A stretch of DNA of 64,000 nucleotides from the human T2T-CHM13v2.0 reference genome, Homo sapiens: the NCBI RefSeq assembly GCF_009914755.1, contig NC_060947.1. One strand, given 5' to 3'. The position numbers were made by a program, and so were the translations under genes. Under the pieces are notes generated by a model, which ran no database searches, was not told the DNA's origin, and was given only the letters and a program-made list of their open reading frames with translations. Positions 56,169 to 64,000 of this stretch are shown here, one piece after another. The stretch's first letter is position 1; every line of letters starts with the position of its first letter.

Positions 56169-56392
56169 CACAGTTCTCAACCAGGCGTTGCTCCCCAGGG
56201 GATATTTGGCAATATCTGGAGACATTTTTGTTTGTCAATACTGGGAGGTGGGCAGGTGCAACTGTCATCTAGTGGGTGGAGGCCAGGGCTGCTGCTAAAC
56301 ATTCTCCAGTGCACAAGACAGCAGCCCCCAACATACACAATAAAGAATTACTGGGACCAAGATATCAATAGAGCTGAGGTTGATAAACCTTG
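56169..56392 (+). mobile_element. MER20 MITE
   Basis: GTTCTCAACC...GGGATATTTGGCAATATCTGGAGACATTTTTG...GCTGCTAAACAT...GCTGAGGTTGA. Confidence 0.92.
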
Positions 56393-56462
56393 ATTAAAAA
56401 CAAACATGTCCACAAAGTCCAAACTGAAGAACCATTTGGGGAAATCTTTAATAATATATATG

Positions 56463-56667
56463 AGTGGTTCTCAATGGGGGTGATATTTGTCCTTTCGGGA
56501 CATTTGGCAATATCTGCAGGTATTTTTCTTTGTCACAGCTGGGGAAGTGGGGTGCTACTGGCATCAAATGGGTAAAGGCCAGGGCTGCCACTAAACCTCC
56601 TATAGTACATTAGAGAGACTCCCACAACAAAGGACCATCAGGCCCCAAATTGCAATAGTGCCAAGGC
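56463..56667 (+). mobile_element. MER20 MITE (3'-truncated)
   Basis: AGTGGTTCTCAA...GGACATTTGGCAAT...GTGCTACTGGCATC...CAATAGTGCCAAGG. Confidence 0.9.
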
Positions 56668-57247
56668 CTATTACTCTAGGATCACTTCCGTTGTGACCAT
56701 GGGACCCCCTAGTTTTTCCACCCCTGTTGACTCAGTGCTTTGGCTTCTGTTTTCTATATCTGCCCTAGTGTCACCCATCCAGGTTTGGATGTCTAGACCT
56801 GATGCAACTTTGGCACAGCAATAGGGTGGCTCAGAAGGAAGCTTGGCACAGAGCTCAGCTCTAGAACAGATCAATACTGGGAAGCAGGCCAGTTCTCATC
56901 AAAGGTTCAGCAGGGTGGGGTCAGGGGAGGCAAGCCACAGGCATAATTCAAGATGGATGACAGCACAAATGGCCCTGCAAAAGACACTATGTTCTGCCAG
57001 GTGTGGGGACAGAGTGGCTGGGAATCTGAAGCAGTAAAGAGTTTTACTGTAAAATCAGGCTGCTTCTGTAAAGTCAAGCAATGAGTAAAAGTCCCAGCCA
57101 GCAAGCTGGGGTTTGAGGACAGGGCTAAATCCTGGGGTGGGACACCTTGTGAAACAGTAAGTCAGGACCCCAGGAAGAGGCAGGAACACGGATACTTTGT
57201 AAACCAGCTGAAGGAGGATTTGAATCAGGGACTAAAGCACAACTGTG

Positions 57248-57581
<334 letters not shown>

Positions 57582-57732
57582 TTAACAGAGTGGAGATGCC
57601 ATGGGGGAGGGAGGTGGTGACATGGAAAACGTTACTGAGTTCAGTAATAAGCAACAGGACACTGCACCTTGAGTCTGAAAAACAGGAACCCTGATTTTAC
57701 AACAAAGAGAAACTCTCCCTTCTCCCTAACAT

Positions 57733-57803
57733 CACACGTGTGTGCATGCGCGCATACACACACACGTGCATGCATACACACACACACGTGCATGCGCACA
57801 CAC
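57733..57803. repeat. 71-bp perfectly alternating purine/pyrimidine tract (CA/TG/CG mix)
   Basis: Alternation checked base by base. Confidence 0.9.
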
Positions 57804-58964
57804 CACCTCTAACATACTATGGGACTCACTGAGACAATTCCTGCCTGTATGCAGGATTGGTCTGGAGCACTGGGGATCATGCTGAAGCAAAAGTTGCTCC
57901 ATGAACAGAGCAGAAGCGAAGCAATTGAGGCCAAAATTGTAATCAGCTTTTTGTGTGTGTTTTTGTTTTTTAATAGCATCAGCTTTGTTTTTTAAATTAT
58001 TTATTTTAAAAAGTTTTAAACATAACATATATTCCTTATAGAAAATCTGGAAACTACAAAAGAATAAAAAAAAGAGAAAAAAAAGACTTACATCCCTATA
58101 CTACCTCTGTTAATATTCTTCTAGTCTTTTTTGTTTTTGCCAAGATTTATTTTTACACAAAGAGAAAATATATTTCTATGTGTCACTTTGTATCCTTAAC
58201 ATCATGACAGAATCATTTCCCTTGCTATTACAAATTCAACATGAATAAGTTTTGTGACATTTCTTGGTTTTGTCTGTTTGTAAAGTCAACCCATTCTCCA
58301 TGTAGAAAATTTGGAAAGCATGAAAAAGTGTAAAAAATGTACATAATCTATGATTCCATATCTAAATGATAATCACTCAAGATGTTGGTGGGATTTTTTC
58401 TTGTCTTTTTTTTTCGCTTTGATGGTACCTTTATTCTAATGATAATTAACTGGTGTTCACCTTATAATTTGCTTGACATATAGTAATTATCCAGGCAATA
58501 TCATCCTTCCAGAATTTTGCCATGGCCAGGGCCTTGTATATTTGAATCCATAAGAAAATGTTAACTTTTTTCTTCAGATGGACCCTGGGTTTATACTTCA
58601 CTTTGGATTCTTCCAAGTAATAAACTCCCAACCCAAGTAGTAGACAGGGAAACCTTCTTTTCCCTACTCATCACTATTCTTGTAGAGCGTACTTCCCCCT
58701 CTTTCTTGATGGAAATGCTCTGCAATATATCAGATTTGGTGGTGTGGATAGGACAACTAAAAATGCCTATGAATCCGTAGCTGGAATCTCATTAAGGATT
58801 TTGGTGATCATTGGTTTGTATAATTCAAACCTTATTTTATACATGTACATACACCCACAAACAAGAATTTGTCCCCAAACAAAATTGAGGTTTGCCTCTA
58901 AAACTCTTAGGAATGGAGATATTTGTCCAAAGGTAACACAGGATGTTGGTAAAAATAATGACTT

Positions 58965-59150
58965 AAAGTCAGAAGGCCAGAGTTTGAATTGACCTTGACT
59001 ACCCAGTCATGGGAATTTAGCAAATTGTTTCTCTTCCCTGAGCCTCAGTTTCCTTGTCTATAAAAAGGAGACATTAGCTACCTCATCAAGGATTAAGTGA
59101 AGTAACAAGTACAGACAACATAATAAATGGTGAAAGATTTATATGATGTG
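58965..59150 (+). mobile_element. MIR SINE
   Basis: CTGAGCCTCAGTTTCCTTGTCTATAAAA core. Confidence 0.75.
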
Positions 59151-59156
59151 AAGAGA

Positions 59157-59707
59157 GAAATAGAACTGCCGTTCCACCCAGCAATTCCACTACTGGGTAT
59201 CTGCCCAAAGTAAATCATTATATTAAGAAGACACTTGCACTTGTATATTTATTGCAGCACTATTCATAATAGCAAAGTTATGGAATCAACCTAAGTATCC
59301 ATCAGCACATGATTGGATAAAGAAAATATGGTACATAGACACCATGGCATACTATGTAGCCATAAAAAAACAATGAAATGATGTCTTTTGCAGCAACATG
59401 CATGGAGCTGGAAGCCATTATCCTAACTGAAATAACTTAGAAACAGAAAATCAAATATCACATGCTCTCGCTTATAAGTGGGAGCTAAACAATGGGTGCA
59501 CACGGACTTAAAAATGGAAATATGAATGATAGACACTGGGAGCTCCATAAGGGGGAAGTGGAAGAGGATGAGAGTTGATAAATTACCTATTGGATACTAT
59601 GTTCACTATTTGGGTGATGGCTACATTAGAAGCCCAAAACCCACCATTACATAATATATCCATGTAACAAACTTGCACGTTCCCTGAATCTATATTTAAA
59701 AAAAAAA
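59157..59707 (+). mobile_element. L1 3' end (L1PB/L1MA1-3-like)
   Basis: CCCAGCAATTCCACTACTGGGTAT, TATAAGTGGGAGCTAAAC, TTACCTATTGG and CATGTAACAAAC...CCTGAATCTA followed by an A-tail. Confidence 0.92.
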
Positions 59708-59782
59708 TACAAACTATAGTGGGTGACATAGAAGAACCCCTTTATTAGATACCGGCAGTGAGCCAAGTAAGTTGCTATGTCA

Positions 59783-60005
59783 CAGGCTGGCAAACTATGG
59801 CCCAAGGGCCAAATCTGGCATACTGCCTGTTTTTGTAAATAAAGTTTTATTGGAACACAGCCAAACCCATTCACTACTGTATTGCTTATGGCTGCTTTCA
59901 TACTGTGTTGGCAGAGGGGAGTAGTTGCCACAGAGACTGTGGGGCCCTGAAAAGCCTGAAATATTTACTACCTGGTTCTTTACAGAAATTTATTTCCCAC
60001 CCCTG
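59783..60005 (+). mobile_element. MER58A MITE
   Basis: GGCAAACTATGGCCC...GGGCCAAATCTGGC...TTTTGTAAATAAAGTTTTATTGGAACACAGCCA...TTTACAGAA. Confidence 0.92.
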
Positions 60006-60412
60006 TGTTAAATGTTTCCCCAAAACCACAGAGGTAAATTATATTGTCTTCCCATTTCACAGGTCAGGAAACTGACACATGCAGAGATTAAGGACTTGCT
60101 CACACTGCTGTTATTGAATTGGATCTTGATCCCAGGTCTATCTCAATTCAAAGTTTAGCAACCACTCTACAATGCTTCTTCAAAAGATATATGAATTAAA
60201 TCTGAACTCTCATAGCCTTAACTTCCACTTCTGCCATAACATCTCACTTTCAACCATTGATAATGATTGAGCCTTGAATATAGACATTAGTGTCTCTTAC
60301 ATTCATTCCAGCATGCTGTTACATAGCTCCTCCAAAAGAAACCACATCTCAACTTCAAACCAGTATATCAAACTGCAAGTCAGGGAAATGGATGAAACTA
60401 TGGCATTGTCAG

Positions 60413-60930
60413 AGTCAAGAACTGTGAAGGATCTGAGATTTGATCCTACTAGCAGTCTCATGAGTTAGTCTGCCACAGTTTCATGGATTCTGGCAAAAGA
60501 TATGAGACTCTTGGGTCAGAGACAAAAGAGACTTCATTATTCTCAGAACTACAAGCAGCATGAGTTTTCATATTCACATCAGATCCTTCTCACTTCCCGA
60601 GTCCCATGGGAGTTACACAGAGTGGCCCAGGTAGATGCCGTGTATGCAGTGGGTTTACATCACAACTGAGGAATCCTGAGTTTAGGAAACCCAAATCTTT
60701 GACAATGGACGGTAGGTAAACCTGCCTGACTTTTGCTTGAGAGACAGATATTATCTTGGTTATACTTGACAGCAAACAAACTTGCCCTCAGTTCTGGAAG
60801 TAGATGTTCTTTCTACCTTTCAAAGGATGCTATACAAACATCCTTGACAAAAATGTGCAGAACAAAGGTTGTCAGCACCTCTGCCAGCAAGACAAAACTG
60901 TAAAGGTCGGTGGAGAATTGTCTCCCAACA
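60413..60930 (-). mobile_element. LTR40-like ERVL solo LTR
   Basis: The reverse complement starts TGTTGGGAGACAATTCTCCA and ends TCTCAGATCCTTCACAGTTCTTGAC. TSD GTCAG/GTCAT. Confidence 0.82.
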
Positions 60931-62959
60931 GTCATTAACAAAAGCTCTATGTCTCTGTGTTCTATGTGTTGAGTGATTTTTACTTTCTATAGGTTTTCCA
61001 ACTGGTAAATACTAAATTTGCCTCTTCACAAACCAGTGCACTGTGAACTTGTCTTTGCAATTAGTAACAAATAATTTTACTTTATTTCAGCTTTGTGTGC
61101 TCTCTTCTAAGAAAAATAAGCACTTTCTTCTTTTATTTCATGAAACATTACAGTGAAGAGTCTAAGGGTTTATTATTCTGACAGTCCTGCCAAGGCTGAA
61201 AATCTCAAACTGGTCCAAACGACCCAACTGTCAGTTCCAAGTCTTTAGCTCTTCTCCATGCAGTTGAAGTTCTTAGCATCCAGGAAAAGCAGGCAGAAGC
61301 TGTATAACTTAAAGCAGGGAGATAATCAATCTTGCTAAAGCTGAGATGGGTGTGGGTGTGTGGGTGTGTGGGTGCAGGGAAAGAAGCGGCACCAGGCAGG
61401 TGGGAACACTGAAAGCAGGTACTATATAAAGTCTCATCTGAGTAGCCAAGCAGTAGCAATAGTGTGGTGTCTGATGCCAGCTAAATACAATGCCACATAA
61501 CTACCTTTTCAGTGCAAAAAATCATTTCTATCCTCTGAAATGCTTGTTGCCATCAGATGTCATGAGAACAAACTGACACGATAATATTTAAAGCCAATAG
61601 TAAAAGATAGATTTCAAGGGAAAACATATGGACTGAATTTGCTCAATGCCCGACTGTAAGCAAAGGAAAACAAAAACATGCACATTTCACATTGTCAAGG
61701 AAAAGGCAGAAGCATATCTTTACTCAAAATAAACATCGCCAGCAGGTGCAAAACATACATACGTTTACTCTCCACACTTGCTGATGCGACTGCCAAGTAA
61801 ACATGCATGTAAGCTTGTAGCTGAGGATGGCAAACAGAAGCATACATCTGTCAAGAGAACAGACTTCACTCGTCTTCACTGGGTGGTTCACTTCCGAGGG
61901 GGCTCTTCTTCTAGCCGCTACTGAGTCAGGGTCCATGTCTACACAAGGGTTTAAAACAGGCTTATTTTCTATATATTTTAGGAGACTGGACCACCCCATT
62001 TTAATGGCCAGACTGAATGCATTCAGTTATACCAGGCTAATTATCATCCCACTCTGGACATTGTAATAGACTATGAATGTCACATCGCAAATGAATGTCA
62101 CATCTCAAATCCTGCCTCTAATTTCCTTTTTCTCTTTGTCTCCAATGACCTCTTCTACTCCATATTGGCCACATGGTCACATCCTAAACTTTACCCTTCA
62201 TCTGAAAGAACACCTATTGTCATCTGTGAAATCACAAATTCAAATATCTGGCACTCTGACTACATATTTCCTCTCCAATACTTTGGTTCTCCCAATACTT
62301 TGGTTCTCCTGCCTCAACAGGCCCATTGGTCCCTAAACTTCCTCCCTCCCAGACACTCTCTTCCTTTCTTCACTTCCTTTCCTATCCAGCTCAGATAACT
62401 TGGACCTACATTTCAACCATTCTTCTGCCAAGGTCTTCATTCCCCTTGCCTATTGTCCAGCTCTCCAATCAATTTGTCAAAACCCCATCCTCAGTGGGTC
62501 CAACTGTCTGCCTCTTCTAATGCTACTCAGCAGAATTAGAAAAAAACTATACAATCTCTCAGATTTGCACTACAACAAATTTATAGGATCCAAAATCAGT
62601 TGGGTCTTCAATGTTGCTACAATCTTTGTGTTTCCTTTGTCAAATCTTCGTCCCATTTTCCATATCAACCATTTAAAACATTCTTCCATCTCCATATGTA
62701 TATAATGATATATATACATAATGACAAGCAATTGGAACTAAACTATGTCCATTGTAAAGGGATTAATTAAATAAACTATGATACGTCTACAAAATGGAAT
62801 AGCACCTATCAATAAAATGGAAAGATCTCCAGGATATATTGTTTCAAGTGAAGGTTCAGGATAGTGTTTGTCATTTCCTTTATCCAGATGGGCTAAATTA
62901 CGTGCAGTGACAAATAAACTATGACATTGTTACCAAAACTCCAGCTGAATCTTCTGTGT

Positions 62960-64000
62960 TATTGGCAAAAATACCCATGTATTTAAGGTCCTTAACTGAA
63001 GTGAACACCTAATATGCACAAGTTATAAAAGTGGTTAACAAGGACATAATAACTAGCTCTGTCTAATATTTCAGTTCTCATAAGTAATCTAGATAAACTG
63101 CTAAAAATGAATAAAATATAAATAGGATAAACACTATAGGTGAACTTTTTGTGTAATTTAAAAACTTGATATTATTTTGGATGCTCAGTAGATGTCTGCA
63201 TCATTTCCAACTAAGAAAGGGTGATGATATGGGGAAACAAGTTTGTTCTTTTTTAAAATTATGGAATGTTCTCATGTATTAAATGCTAATGTTTGATAGA
63301 CAGTTCAGGATTTCTTCCTAGGTTTTCACTAAAATTTAAGGTTACTAAGAATAAGAATTCTAGTTAATACATAATTCTGTATATAAAATGTGCCAAAGAA
63401 GATGTGTTCTCATTGAGAAAAATAATAATTTTGTCTAATTCAGAAGTTATATAAAGGTGAATTCAATCACACCTGTAATCCCAGCACTTTGGGAGGCCGA
63501 GGCGGGCGGATCACAAGGTCAGGAGTTCAAGACCAGCCTGGCCAACATGGTGAAACCCCGTCTCTACTAAAAATAGAAAAATTAGCTGGGCATGATGGCA
63601 GGCATCTGTAATCCCAGCTACTCAGGAGGCTGAGGCAGGAGAATCACTTGAACCCAGGAGGCAGAGGTTGCAGTGAGCCGAGATCGCACCAGCCTGCGTG
63701 AGGGTGAGACTCCATCTCAGAAAAAAAAAAAAAAAAATTGGACTTGGAAAGGTTTTTTATGAAACAAGATAAAAAGGAACCAGTAAGTAGGGGAAAGAGA
63801 TGTGAAAAAGTTAAGACTGGCCCTCTATGTTAGAAAAAGTTTTCCTTAAAATACTGATTTGCTGTTAATAAAATTACAAGAGGTTTTGATTTTGATTCTA
63901 TAATCTGTTTCTTTTTGGAAACTTCTCAGATTCATATCTCAGAAGTGCAACTTTGTTGTGTCTTGCTGCTTTCAGCCTTTTTTCTCCCCTTCAAAACGGC
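62960..64000 (+). mobile_element. ERV1 internal-sequence relic (MER4-group-int-like), running off the window end
   Basis: AT-rich motifs CTAGATAAACTGCTAAAAAT and CTAGGTTTTCACTAAAATTTAAGGTTACTAAGAATAAGAATTCTAGTTAATA, typical of MER4-group internal regions. Family and orientation are uncertain. Confidence 0.6.
63467..63737 (+). mobile_element. Alu (AluSg-like), 5'-clipped, with a small 3' deletion
   Basis: Starts at TCACACCTGTAATCCC, contains GGATCACAAGGTC, and has an A-tail. Confidence 0.94.

Noticed and set aside
61845-61940. Possible internal minus-strand exon (DMDPDSVAARRRAPSEV) with nearby AP-1 and ETS-like motifs
   Set aside because: The acceptor is plausible, but there is no good donor and the peptide is unrecognised. 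Short motifs alone are not evidence.

Overview
This is primate, most likely human, nuclear DNA that reads as intergenic or deep-intronic sequence. It is CpG-depleted, with no CpG island. I recognise no protein-coding exon, tRNA, rRNA or snRNA, and I cannot name the locus. About 20 Alus (AluJ, AluS and AluY types, one with young Ya5/Ya8-type diagnostics) sit among L1 3' fragments, L2 and MIR relics, MaLR/ERV solo LTRs (THE1, MST, MLT1, MER21, LTR16, LTR40, MER31/67-like), hAT MITEs (MER5, MER20, MER33, MER58), one MADE1 and several microsatellites. The supplied ORFs are Alu-, L1- or simple-repeat-derived, or are chance ORFs. I found no evidence for a new biological system. The best leads are retrotransposition-mechanism fossils: reuse of one insertion site by two Alus, a twin-primed L1, an Alu insertion with a deletion, and a possibly L1-mobilised polyadenylated LTR. 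Other leads are two unexplained diverged duplications, a candidate minus-strand terminal exon and several non-B-DNA motifs. Repeat subfamily names come from remembered consensus sequences rather than a database search, and boundaries of old elements are approximate.
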